The notes beneath the pieces are model-generated. The model saw only the letters and a list, made by a program, of their open reading frames with translations, did no database searches and had not been told where the DNA came from. From contig PFOK01000137.1 in NCBI GenBank assembly GCA_002792495.1, positions 1 through 41,153 on the forward strand: a stretch of 41,153 nucleotides of DNA, in the 5' to 3' direction. Source of the DNA: Candidatus Peregrinibacteria bacterium CG_4_10_14_0_2_um_filter_43_11. GTDB lineage: Bacteria > Patescibacteriota > Gracilibacteria > UM-FILTER-43-11. Shown here one piece after another: positions 8,483 through 16,987 of the stretch; within the stretch, counting starts at the first letter, position 1; the number at the start of each line of letters is the position of its first letter. A program made the position numbers and the translations under genes.

Positions 8483-10210
8483 ATGCAAACAGGTTATAGC
8501 CCTTACCAAAACAAACAGACAAAAAAACGGGGGAAATTCTTTAAAATACCGTTCGTATCCGCGGGTTGGAAAAAATGGTTACTCCTTGCGGGAGGCATTT
8601 TATTCGGACTTTTGTTCGTGGTTTATCTGGAAATGGGGGAACTCCGCTTTTTCGCAAATCATTATTTACGGCTCACTTTTTTTAGCAAAAATTATCTGAT
8701 CTTGTTCCAAAATAATTACGAACTGCGCCCGGGAGGCGGCTTTATTACGGCGTACGGAAATCTGGACACGTTGCTCGGTTTTCCACGGCAGATCAGCTTC
8801 CACAATTCTTACGATATCGAAACAGCAAACCGCGTTACTCCTCCTTACCCTCAACAGGAATTGTTGGGGAATGAATGGTACCAGGGGTATACCTTTAGGG
8901 ATGCGAACTGGGATGCGGACTTCCCCGGCGCAACAAAAACGTTGATTGATTTTTATCAAAAACAATTCCCTAAAAAAGATGTGGATGGAATCATCGTTGT
9001 TAATTTTAGCGTCATCGAAGACCTGGCAAAAAAACTGGGAAATGTGGAATTGAACGGTAAAAAAATCACTCCGGAAAATCTGTTCAACGAGATGGAATTC
9101 GCGGTGAACAATGTGGATAGGCACGACGGGAAAGCGTTGCAGGAACGAAAAAACGTATTGGAACAATTGGCAGGTCAATTGATGAAAAAAATCAAATGGA
9201 ATCCGCTTGATTCAAGAAAGGTAATTGTGGAAAGTATTCACAAAAAAGACATTTATTTTTGGTTCAAAGGCAATGGGCTCGAAGAAAAAATCGTAAAAAA
9301 GGGATGGGGCAACACCTTGCAGGTACCGGAAGGAAGTGATTTTTTGGCGGTAAATCTGGCCAATTTGGGGAGTAAAAAAGCCGACCGTTACGTGCAGACA
9401 GAAATCCATGATTACGTGAACATCACCAAAGAAGTACCGGAAGTAACGACGGAAGTGACACTGCGTTTTCCGGGGTTTTTAAACACGTACAGCGATGATT
9501 ACAAAGGGTATTTGCGCGTTTATATTCCGGGAAACGCGACAGTAAAGAACAGTCCGACAGACAGCATGATTGAAAAAGAAGATGACCGAACGTCGATTGG
9601 CACAAAAATCATCATGCCGGCAGGCAGTAAAACCGTGCTGAGTTACACGTACTCACTTCCCCGAACATACGTGACGGAAGGCCAATACAAATTGCGTGTG
9701 ATCAAACAATCCGGCACCGAAATGGATTACAGCATCACGGTTGAAACCCCCGAGGGAACGTTTGCCGATAGCGAGGATTTTTCCACGCGTGAAAACCGAG
9801 CTGTTTTTACAGGCAAAATCCCATCAGACAAAGATTTTGAGTTACAGATCCTGCCTGACAAAACGCCGCCTTACCCCATTGAACAGGAATTTGAGGATTT
9901 GAACACAATTAAAATTTATTGGAGTGAATCGATGGACAACACCTCAACAAGCGACGCCTTACATTATGTCATCCGTGACACGGATGAAAAAAGCGAAACT
10001 CACGACGACGCCAAGGTAGTGTATGCCGAAATGGTCGAACCGACCGTAACACGATTGGAGTTGAGCGGAATGACCGCGCAAAGCTTGGAGCGCTACAAAA
10101 TAGAACTTAAAAACATTCGCGACGGTGCCGGAAATGAAATTTTGCCCAACCCAAAAGAAATCACGGTAGTACAGCGGTTTAAAACGAAAGAAAAATCAGA
10201 AGAACAGTAA
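8483..10210 (+). CDS. DUF4012-domain membrane-anchored protein with C-terminal Ig-like domain
   Basis: N-terminal TM helix; YLILFQNNYELRPGGGFI, FRDANWDADFP and NLANLGSKKAD are typical of DUF4012 proteins; beta-rich tail ending IRDGAGN. Confidence 0.8.
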   Translation: MQTGYSPYQNKQTKKRGKFFKIPFVSAGWKKWLLLAGGILFGLLFVVYLEMGELRFFANHYLRLTFFSKNYLILFQNNYELRPGGGFITAYGNLDTLLGFPRQISFHNSYDIETANRVTPPYPQQELLGNEWYQGYTFRDANWDADFPGATKTLIDFYQKQFPKKDVDGIIVVNFSVIEDLAKKLGNVELNGKKITPENLFNEMEFAVNNVDRHDGKALQERKNVLEQLAGQLMKKIKWNPLDSRKVIVESIHKKDIYFWFKGNGLEEKIVKKGWGNTLQVPEGSDFLAVNLANLGSKKADRYVQTEIHDYVNITKEVPEVTTEVTLRFPGFLNTYSDDYKGYLRVYIPGNATVKNSPTDSMIEKEDDRTSIGTKIIMPAGSKTVLSYTYSLPRTYVTEGQYKLRVIKQSGTEMDYSITVETPEGTFADSEDFSTRENRAVFTGKIPSDKDFELQILPDKTPPYPIEQEFEDLNTIKIYWSESMDNTSTSDALHYVIRDTDEKSETHDDAKVVYAEMVEPTVTRLELSGMTAQSLERYKIELKNIRDGAGNEILPNPKEITVVQRFKTKEKSEEQ

Positions 10211-10290
10211 GCTTTCATCCAGCCACTCACCATGCTCTGGATTCAAAAATGTGTATTTCCAATCCTCCGGCATGTGGTGTTTATTGATTT

Positions 10291-10320
10291 TCCACCAAAG
10301 GTGGATCAGCCTTTGGCTGA
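10291..10320. repeat. 30-bp double-hairpin REP-like insertion
   Basis: TCCACC-AAA-GGTGGA TCAGCC-TTT-GGCTGA. Absent from the homologous position in remnant 2; removing it restores YQINKH (cf. YQIQKH). Confidence 0.85.
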
Positions 10321-10527
10321 GGTACTCAAGGTATTTGAGGTGAATGATAAAATCATGTTCATTCCGGATGATGTGGTGGGGAAACGATGGGGGTATTTTT
10401 GATGAAATTGTTTCAATGCCCTGCACAATCTCAAATTTTCGATGAATATTTCACAAAATATCGGTTCACAAAAGAAGGGATGCCAATTTTTGGCATTTGA
10501 GCTGATAAAATAGAGAATACGCTTCTG

Positions 10528-10560
10528 CCCGCCCGTACCGAACAGGTATGTTCGGGTGGG
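10528..10560. repeat. 33-bp REP-like palindrome, CCYGCCCGTWCC...GTTCRGGYGGG family
   Basis: CCCGCCCGTACCGAACAGGTATGTTCGGGTGGG sits in-frame between codons for HRNS and QKRI. Related copy at 38266-38288. Confidence 0.75.
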
Positions 10561-10740
10561 ACTGTTACGGTGTTTTTTCTTCGTGTCGCTTATTCATCTT
10601 ATTATCTAAGGTCTGAGGGAATACAAAAAATAAAAAACCAATTACACCACAATGCAGTTATTTCCCCATTCAAAATAATGTCTTTTTCTAAAAAAATGGG
10701 TTACAATGAAAAATCAAATTATTTCTTAATATAAAACATT

Positions 10741-11319
10741 ATGGAACATCCCATCAAAGATTTTAGTCACCTTATCGGCAAGCTCGATGGCATGAGCGTC
10801 AACCAAATCGAAGCGCATTTGGGATTGTATGCCGGGTATGTAAAAAAACTGAATGAGATTGAAACCAAGCTACAAAACGCCGATCGTGCGCTGACCAATT
10901 ACAGCTACGGCGAGTACAGCGAGCTCAAAAGAAGGGAGGCCGTCGCTTTTAATGGTGCCTACCTGCATCAGTATTATTTTGAAAACCTAACGGCAGAAAC
11001 CACAACGCGTTCCGCGGAATTAGAAGGCGCGCTGGTGGATTCGTTTGGATCGATAGACGCTTACTTAACGGACCTAAAAGCTTCCGCGACAGCCACTCCG
11101 GGTTGGGTAGTGACCACCAAAAGTGAAGTGGACGGAAAACTGCATAATTATATGATGTTTGAACACCACATCGGTTTTCCGGTTCGCCAAAAAATCGTTT
11201 TGGCGCTCGATTGTTGGGAACACGCGTTCATGATCGATTACGGCACAAAAAAAACGGATTACCTGGAAACCTTTTTGCGAAACGTGGATTGGAACGTGAT
11301 GAACGAACGATTGAAATAA
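10741..11319 (+). CDS. sod: Fe/Mn superoxide dismutase
   Basis: Metal-ligand motifs EAHLGLYAGYV, FNGAYLHQYYFENL, LDCWEHAFMIDYG. Confidence 0.92.
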   Translation: MEHPIKDFSHLIGKLDGMSVNQIEAHLGLYAGYVKKLNEIETKLQNADRALTNYSYGEYSELKRREAVAFNGAYLHQYYFENLTAETTTRSAELEGALVDSFGSIDAYLTDLKASATATPGWVVTTKSEVDGKLHNYMMFEHHIGFPVRQKIVLALDCWEHAFMIDYGTKKTDYLETFLRNVDWNVMNERLK

Positions 11320-11334
11320 ATCGAATCTGAATTT

Positions 11335-11366
11335 CCAATGGGTTCACCAATGGGCTTACCAATAGG
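11335..11366 (+). promoter_or_regulatory. 12-bp-period direct repeat, site A (3 units); putative protein-binding site
   Basis: CCAATGGG-ttca-CCAATGGG-ctta-CCAATAGG ending 12 bp before the dnaJ -35. Same motif at 16964-16983 and 38077-38096. Confidence 0.65.
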
Positions 11367-11378
11367 ATAGAATCCCCC

Positions 11379-11407
11379 TTGAAACTCAAGCTATTTTTGA
11401 GTACAAT
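11379..11407 (+). promoter_or_regulatory. Sigma70-type promoter of dnaJ
   Basis: TTGAAA (11379-11384) - 17 nt - TACAAT (11402-11407). Confidence 0.75.
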
Positions 11408-11446
11408 TCACAAGCTGGAACTCCGACAGACAAGTTTCAAGCTTCA

Positions 11447-11483
11447 AGTCCGATGCAAGATCGGACTCTGACATTACGTCAGA
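11447..11483. repeat. Double-hairpin REP-like element in the dnaJ 5' region
   Basis: AGTCCGAT-gcaag-ATCGGACT overlapping TCTGAC-attac-GTCAGA, between heptamer arrays (CAAGTTT CAAGCTT; AATTTCM x4). Confidence 0.65.
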
Positions 11484-11509
11484 ATTTCCAATTTCCAATT
11501 TCAAATTTC

Positions 11510-12628
11510 ATGGACTATTACAAAGCGCTTGGTGTCGAAAAAAACGCCAGTGAAACGGAAATCAAAAAGGCGTACCGCAAACTCGCACAGCAATGTCATC
11601 CGGACAAAGGGGAAGGAGGAGACGAAAAGAAATTTAAAGAAGTAACTGAAGCGTACGAAATTTTAGGCGATAAACAAAAACGAGCCCAGTATGATCAATT
11701 CGGAAGCGTTGACAAAGGGGGGGGTGGATCCGGCTTTGGCGGATTTGAAGGTTTTGATTTTGGAGGTTTTCAAAACGTTAATTTTGATTTTGGCGGCAAT
11801 TTCGGCGACATTTTCGATACTTTTTTCGGCGGAGGCGGAGCCAAGGGCAAGCAAGCAAGAGAAAGTCGAGGGAGCGATATCGAAATTGTCATTCAATTGG
11901 ATTTTGAAGAAGCCGTTTCCGGGACCACAAAAGAAGTGAATTTATCGCGTTACGAAAGCTGCACTCATTGTGAAGGCAAAGGGAATGAACCGGGCAGTAA
12001 AATGGTCACCTGTAATGACTGTCAGGGAACGGGTCAGAAAGTAAAAATCCAACGCACCCCGCTGGGGCAAATTCAAACATCCGCCGTATGTAGCACCTGC
12101 GGAGGAAATGGAAAAACCCCCGAAAAAAAGTGTACCACGTGTAGGGGGGAAGGCAGAATATTAAAAGATGGCATCATTAAAATCAAAATACCGATAGGCA
12201 TTCATGACAAAGCCGTGTTAAGACTAACCGGTAAAGGCGAAGCCGGCATGCAGGGCGCGTCCCATGGTGATTTGTTCGTCCACATCAGCATCACCCCAAG
12301 CAAAACGTTTGAAAGAATCAAAGATGATATTCACACCACTCAACACGTTCATGTATTGCAGGCGGTTTTAGGCGATGAAATAAAGGTGAAAACTATTTAT
12401 GACGAAACCATTTTAAAAATCCCACAGGGAACGGAAAGTGGTAAAGTATTCCGGTTGAGGGGAAAGGGAGTGACCCGAGTGGGAAGCAGTGAAAAAGGAG
12501 ATCATTATGTCAAAATCATTGTGGATATTCCGGAAAAACTTTCCAAAAAAGAACGGGAATTATACGGTGAGCTCATCAAAGAAAGTGGTTTAAAAATCAC
12601 CCCTCAAAATAAAAGTATCTTCGGGTAA
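11510..12628 (+). CDS. dnaJ: Chaperone DnaJ
   Basis: J domain with HPD, G/F-rich region, four CxxCxGxG repeats, C-terminal domains. Start at MDYYKAL. Confidence 0.97.
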   Translation: MDYYKALGVEKNASETEIKKAYRKLAQQCHPDKGEGGDEKKFKEVTEAYEILGDKQKRAQYDQFGSVDKGGGGSGFGGFEGFDFGGFQNVNFDFGGNFGDIFDTFFGGGGAKGKQARESRGSDIEIVIQLDFEEAVSGTTKEVNLSRYESCTHCEGKGNEPGSKMVTCNDCQGTGQKVKIQRTPLGQIQTSAVCSTCGGNGKTPEKKCTTCRGEGRILKDGIIKIKIPIGIHDKAVLRLTGKGEAGMQGASHGDLFVHISITPSKTFERIKDDIHTTQHVHVLQAVLGDEIKVKTIYDETILKIPQGTESGKVFRLRGKGVTRVGSSEKGDHYVKIIVDIPEKLSKKERELYGELIKESGLKITPQNKSIFG

Positions 12629-12709
12629 GCGGCCTCATGACCCCTTGTCTTTCGGGTAGGGCTATGATAAAAGTAAACGGTGCATTTAAAAAAACATAAT
12701 ACGATTTTG

Positions 12710-13945
12710 ATGAAAAAAGATACCTACTTCAGTCAAGAGAAATCCACTATTCCAAAATATATCGGGATGGTGATTTTAGTGGTGTTCATCTTTTTATTCG
12801 GATGGCACGCGGGAGTCAATCACATGCAACAGAGCAAAATAAATCCTCCAAAAAACAGCAGTACCAACATGAGTGGAGAACTGGAGCAAATGAACATGCA
12901 ATTGTTCTGGGATATCTGGAGCATGCTTTTCGCAAAATACGTTGATCCGCATGTACTCGATTCACAAAACATGATTTATGGTGCGATTCACGGCATGGTT
13001 TCTTCGTTGAATGATCCCTACACCACATTCATGACACCAAAAGAGAACAAAGAATTCCAGAATAACCTGGAAGGAAATTTGGAAGGAATCGGTGCCGAAC
13101 TGACGCTAAAAGATGGAATGCTGACGATCGTTTCCCCACTAAAAGGCTCCCCTGCCAAAAAAGCGGGCCTGATGCCCGAAGATGTGATCTATAAAATCAA
13201 CGACGAAATGACAACGGATCTGACTCTGGAGCAGGCCGTAATGAAAATACGAGGAACCAAAGGAACTCCGGTAACGCTATCGATTCTACGAAAGGGACAT
13301 AAGGATCCTATTGAAATCAAAATTATCCGAAATGTGATCAATATCTCGAGCGTGGAATGGAAAATGATTGATGACTTCGCACTGATTGAAATCAATCAAT
13401 TCGGCAACCAATTGAATCAAGAATTCAACAAAGCTATCAATGACGTTCTTTCCAAACGCCCCAAGGGAATGATTTTGGATTTACGATTCAACGGAGGAGG
13501 ATTTTTAGATGGCGCGGTGGACATCACGTCCGAGTTCCTCGAAAAAGGATTGGTAGTGAGTATCAAAAGAAGAAACCCACAGGAAAATGAAGATATTTAT
13601 GTAAACGGAAAGGCACGGCTCGCCAATGTTCCACTCGTTGTATTGATCAATAAAGGAAGTGCTTCAGCTTCAGAAATTGTCGCGGGTGCGATTCAGGATC
13701 ACAAGAGAGGACGGATCATAGGGGAGACCAGTTTCGGCAAAGGAACGGTTCAGGAGGTAATCAATTTGATTGGTGGATCCAGTTTAAGAGTTACCGTGGC
13801 AAAATGGTACACTCCCAATAATGTGAATATCAGCGAAACAGGCATCACACCTGATGAAATGGTAGAACGTACCACGGAAGATTACGAAAAAGATAATGAT
13901 CCTCAATTGGACGCATCCATTAATTACCTAAAAAATGAGAATTAG
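12710..13945 (+). CDS. ctpA: Carboxyl-terminal processing protease (S41A, PDZ)
   Basis: N-terminal TM, LNDPYT, PDZ GIGA, DLRFNGGG, SASASEI, SFGKGTVQ. Confidence 0.95.
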   Translation: MKKDTYFSQEKSTIPKYIGMVILVVFIFLFGWHAGVNHMQQSKINPPKNSSTNMSGELEQMNMQLFWDIWSMLFAKYVDPHVLDSQNMIYGAIHGMVSSLNDPYTTFMTPKENKEFQNNLEGNLEGIGAELTLKDGMLTIVSPLKGSPAKKAGLMPEDVIYKINDEMTTDLTLEQAVMKIRGTKGTPVTLSILRKGHKDPIEIKIIRNVINISSVEWKMIDDFALIEINQFGNQLNQEFNKAINDVLSKRPKGMILDLRFNGGGFLDGAVDITSEFLEKGLVVSIKRRNPQENEDIYVNGKARLANVPLVVLINKGSASASEIVAGAIQDHKRGRIIGETSFGKGTVQEVINLIGGSSLRVTVAKWYTPNNVNISETGITPDEMVERTTEDYEKDNDPQLDASINYLKNEN

Positions 13946-13959
13946 AGCGTTTTTTAGAA

Positions 13960-14078
13960 ACCTCACGCCGGAGCAGTTCTCATCAGCCTGACAGTCATTC
14001 CGGCAAGTACCCCCTCCGCGCTCTCCCTAACGGGGGGAGTGTTAACGGGTACCGATACACGCATCGAAAACGTGAGAC
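13960..14078. ncRNA. Candidate structured RNA or palindromic element (multi-stem junction), family unknown
   Basis: GC-rich island between convergent genes. CTCACG/CGTGAG closes GCCGGA/TCCGGC, GTACCC/GGGTAC (with apical GCGCTCTCCC/GGGGGAGTGT) and CGAT/ATCG stems. Folded by eye only. Confidence 0.4.
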
Positions 14079-14113
14079 AAATACCGAGAAACAAGGGGAA
14101 TTGTATAAGCGGA

Positions 14114-14626
14114 TTAAAGCGGCTTCTCAAGGATAAGGCGATCGCCAACAGAAACGCGATGCGCTTTGGCATACCCACCGGAGACCTCCAATACATAGCG
14201 TACAGGTGTGGGAGGAATATAACGGGGGCAAACAGTATTAACAAAACAGGGGGAAGCCTCATATTCGATATGTTTGATTTTAAGGTCCTCTCCAATAAAC
14301 AAGAGATCCAAAGGAATCAACATGTTTTTCATCCAAAAGGCCACCAAATGAGGCTTGGTATAAGCAAAAAGCATGCCTTCATCCTCAGGCAACGCTTCCA
14401 CTTCCATGAGTCCATTGGCATGCTCTTCAGGGGTATTAGCGACATCAACGTTCAAACGATGTTTGGCGGAAGGGGTTTTAATATAAACCACCTCAGTGCC
14501 GTAATCGGCTCCATTGAATAAAACAATGTTGGTACTGATCGCAAGGAGTAAAAAGGAGCTGATTCCGACCGAAATAAAACCTTTCGTCAGGTGCCTCCAG
14601 TGATTTCTGAAAAAAGAAAACATCAT
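14114..14626 (-). CDS. DUF192 domain protein
   Basis: VANTPEEHANGLM, GMLFAY, FWMKNMLIPLDLLFI, YVLEVSGG; N-terminal hydrophobic segment. Confidence 0.92.
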   Translation of the reverse strand: MMFSFFRNHWRHLTKGFISVGISSFLLLAISTNIVLFNGADYGTEVVYIKTPSAKHRLNVDVANTPEEHANGLMEVEALPEDEGMLFAYTKPHLVAFWMKNMLIPLDLLFIGEDLKIKHIEYEASPCFVNTVCPRYIPPTPVRYVLEVSGGYAKAHRVSVGDRLILEKPL

Positions 14627-14635
14627 GGTAAATAA

Positions 14636-15196
14636 TTATTCTTTATATAATAGCATAATTCCATCCCCCTCGTCAACTGGTAAGACGACTCTTTCATAAC
14701 CCGAAACCCCCTGAATATTTTTATGAAACAAAGCGGTTTTCTCGGGGAAAGCGAGAACATCATCAAAAACAACAACCGCGTGATCGGCTAAGCGAGGCTC
14801 AACAGCCACCCAAAAATCCCAATAATCACGCTTTTGCCCATCCACAAAAACAAAATCGAAAGTTTGATTGAGCTGAGAAACAACTTCGATAGCGTTACCA
14901 AACTGAAAATCAACCATGGAACCAAAACCCGCTTCCGCGAGATTGGAAACAGCCGACTCAAAGGTGGGTTTGCTCCAGTCGATCGCTGTGATTTTAGCAC
15001 CAACCTCTCGCGCCGCCTCCGCCATCCAAAGTGTCGAATACCCATTCGCGCATCCGATTTCGAGAATACGTTGAGGTTTTTTTATTTTGACCATCATATT
15101 CAAAAACCGCCCCACTGTTTCAGTCACATTGGGGATGTCGTTTTCGACACCAAATTGTTTGAGTTTTTTGAGGTAAGAAAGAAGTGAAGAATCCAT
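14636..15196 (-). CDS. Class I SAM-dependent O-methyltransferase (YrrM/TrmR-like)
   Basis: ILEIGCANGYSTLW, FDFVFVDG, VVFDDV, GDGI motifs. Confidence 0.88.
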   Translation of the reverse strand: MDSSLLSYLKKLKQFGVENDIPNVTETVGRFLNMMVKIKKPQRILEIGCANGYSTLWMAEAAREVGAKITAIDWSKPTFESAVSNLAEAGFGSMVDFQFGNAIEVVSQLNQTFDFVFVDGQKRDYWDFWVAVEPRLADHAVVVFDDVLAFPEKTALFHKNIQGVSGYERVVLPVDEGDGIMLLYKE

Positions 15197-15246
15197 CAGA
15201 TAAAATTAAAATATCACCACTTTCGGTACACAGCTATAATTTCGGA

Positions 15247-15978
15247 TTAATCAGATAAACCCGAACTTTTCACTTTTTTTAAAGGCAGGGTCAAAAAAGA
15301 GACCGCACCCTGCTCACCATCCTCCCTATTTTGTATACTTATTCGCCATCCTCGGGGGTCCGCATTGTCTTTTTTGAAAAGATAGAAAAAAAGACCATTA
15401 CCCCCTTGGTGCAATCGCCCTTTAGCAGTCTGCTTGCCTGCGGAGATGGTGAATTTCTCACGTCCTATTTTTTCAAGATAATCCGACCGAATTCCAATAC
15501 CATTGTCTTTCATGGCGATTCGTAAGCAAGTATTTCCCCCTTCCATCAAAACACTGGAAGAAATTTGTATATCATAAGGAACTTGCCCACCTTCTCTGTA
15601 ACCGATGTGCCTAATCGCGTTCGTAGCGGACTCCTGAAGCCACACCTTAATAGAGTGCTCAACTTCCCCAAAACCATTGTCTTCTATTAAAAAACCTTCT
15701 GGAACGCGCGCTAGAATCTGAAGAACAATCTCATCAGTGTTCTCCCCTATCACCAACTCACGCAAAGCATCATCCGGACTCATGATCCCGGTGCTAGTAC
15801 GAAATAGAGTGGATTCGCTCAACGCGACTACAGAAGCTCTGGCCTCCTCCACCGATTTAGATCCCTCCAAAATTCCGTCATCATCTTTCATGGAAGCGTA
15901 TAAATCTCCATCTCCCAATTTAACGACTGATCCATCAGCATGTTCTTGGATATCCACTGATTTTAAATGTGAATCCAT
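15247..15978 (-). CDS. Stand-alone GHKL/HATPase_c ATP-binding protein
   Basis: N box QESATNAIRH, G1 KDNGIGI, F box KFT, G2 GGNGLF, G3 GA. No H-box, TM or sensor domain evident. Confidence 0.75.
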   Translation of the reverse strand: MDSHLKSVDIQEHADGSVVKLGDGDLYASMKDDDGILEGSKSVEEARASVVALSESTLFRTSTGIMSPDDALRELVIGENTDEIVLQILARVPEGFLIEDNGFGEVEHSIKVWLQESATNAIRHIGYREGGQVPYDIQISSSVLMEGGNTCLRIAMKDNGIGIRSDYLEKIGREKFTISAGKQTAKGRLHQGGNGLFFYLFKKDNADPRGWRISIQNREDGEQGAVSFLTLPLKKVKSSGLSD

Positions 15979-16002
15979 ATGAATAATAAGTAACGCGAAA
16001 AA

Positions 16003-16425
16003 TTAAAAATCCAGCAAATTCAATTTGAGCTCCTCATCAAACTTTCTGTTGAGCACATCATCCGTCATGTGGATGGTTATTTCACAGGTGATATCAATAA
16101 CCGCCGACTCAAGGTGACCGCCAAGCACATGATAATCGGAATCGCCCAGTGCGACATGAAGGTGTGCAAAGGGCTTTCCCTGAACCAGGGAAATATTGCC
16201 GGTCAACGAAATAATCTCGTAATTCTTACCGCTAAAACACTTGGAACAGTAAGCCTCTTTCTCCAAATCATAGTATTTGATAACAACATCATCCGTGCCG
16301 CCAATGCCGGAAACAGAACCCGATGATACGCCATTTTCTTCACAAAATACGGTAAGCGCTCTGATTAACTCTTCGCCTTTTTCGATTTTAAGGATGTACC
16401 CGTTGCCGATTTGTTTAAACTGCAT
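16003..16425 (-). CDS. PPC/DUF296 domain putative DNA-binding protein
   Basis: GSVSGIG, YEIISLTGNIS, FAHLHVALG, GGHL motifs. Confidence 0.92.
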   Translation of the reverse strand: MQFKQIGNGYILKIEKGEELIRALTVFCEENGVSSGSVSGIGGTDDVVIKYYDLEKEAYCSKCFSGKNYEIISLTGNISLVQGKPFAHLHVALGDSDYHVLGGHLESAVIDITCEITIHMTDDVLNRKFDEELKLNLLDF

Positions 16426-16475
16426 ATGAATATGGTTACTTTTTGTGACGAAACGAAAAACAGGCTAAAATTCGT

Positions 16476-16922
16476 TCATCCCAAAAGCTTGGTCAACTCC
16501 TCTTTAAATTCATCCACATCTTTAAAACTGCGGTACACACTGGCAAAACGAATGTAAGCGATGTGATCGATTTTTTTGAGCATTTTGACGACATCTTCTC
16601 CGATGGTCTGGCTGGAAACGGCTTTTTTGTTGGCACCCCATTTTTCTTCAAGACTGGAAATAAGCTGATCGATCTCCATCTGAGAAACAGGGCGTTTTCC
16701 GCAGGCAATCCAGATCCCCCGTTCCAATTTTTCACGGCTATACGGTTCGTAACTGCCATCCTTCTTTTTTACGAGAAGATTGGAAATTTCCGCACGCTCA
16801 AAGGTGGTAAAACGAATACCGCATTTTTCGCATTCACGACGACGTCGAATCATCTTCCCCTGTTCCGCCACGCGGGAATCGACGACTTTGGTATCGGTGT
16901 TTTTACATTTAATACATTTCAT
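16476..16922 (-). CDS. nrdR: Transcriptional repressor NrdR
   Basis: MKCxxC...KVVDSR...IRRRRECEKCGIRFTTFE zinc ribbon, ATP cone, AYIRFASVY. Confidence 0.97.
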   Translation of the reverse strand: MKCIKCKNTDTKVVDSRVAEQGKMIRRRRECEKCGIRFTTFERAEISNLLVKKKDGSYEPYSREKLERGIWIACGKRPVSQMEIDQLISSLEEKWGANKKAVSSQTIGEDVVKMLKKIDHIAYIRFASVYRSFKDVDEFKEELTKLLG

Positions 16923-16942
16923 AATTTTCGATTGATAAAACA

Positions 16943-16983
16943 ATTATAAAACCAATTTGTATCCCTATCGGTTTCCCCATTGG
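16943..16983 (-). promoter_or_regulatory. 12-bp-period direct repeat, site B, overlapping the putative nrdR promoter
   Basis: Minus strand CCAATGGG-gaaa-CCGATAGG-gata-CAAATTGG then TATAAT (16948-16943). The second unit occupies the -35 position. Confidence 0.6.
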
Positions 16984-16987
16984 CAAT

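Larger units (their letters stand above)
10196..10597 (-). mobile_element. Decayed RAYT/IS200-like Y1 (HUH) transposase remnant 1, internally deleted and frameshifted, with two in-frame palindromic insertions
   Basis: Minus strand reads KKHRNS[insert]QKRILYFISSNAKNWHPFFCEPIFCEIFIENLRLCRALKQF, joined directly to HQKYPH. After a frameshift it reads HHIIRNEHDFIIHLKYLEY[insert]INKHHMPEDWKYTFLNP. The HUH core is missing. The C-terminus is clearly homologous to 38932-39213. Confidence 0.8.

Noticed and set aside
11335..11370. Direct repeats as a mini-CRISPR array
   Set aside because: Units are 8 bp with 4-nt spacers, far too short, and there are no cas genes in the window.
11379..11407. Canonical CIRCE element before dnaJ
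   Set aside because: Spacer is 11 rather than 9 nt and the half-sites deviate; kept only as a CIRCE-like dyad.
13950..13995. Hammerhead ribozyme or fluoride riboswitch suggested by CUGAUGAG on the minus strand
   Set aside because: No correctly placed CGAAA and stems I/III for a hammerhead; the crcB 5' helix and pseudoknot are missing; the position is not a 5' UTR.
13963..14521. ORFs 13963-14295 (-) and 14039-14521 (+)
   Set aside because: They overlap the well-supported DUF192 gene out of frame or antisense and have no motifs.
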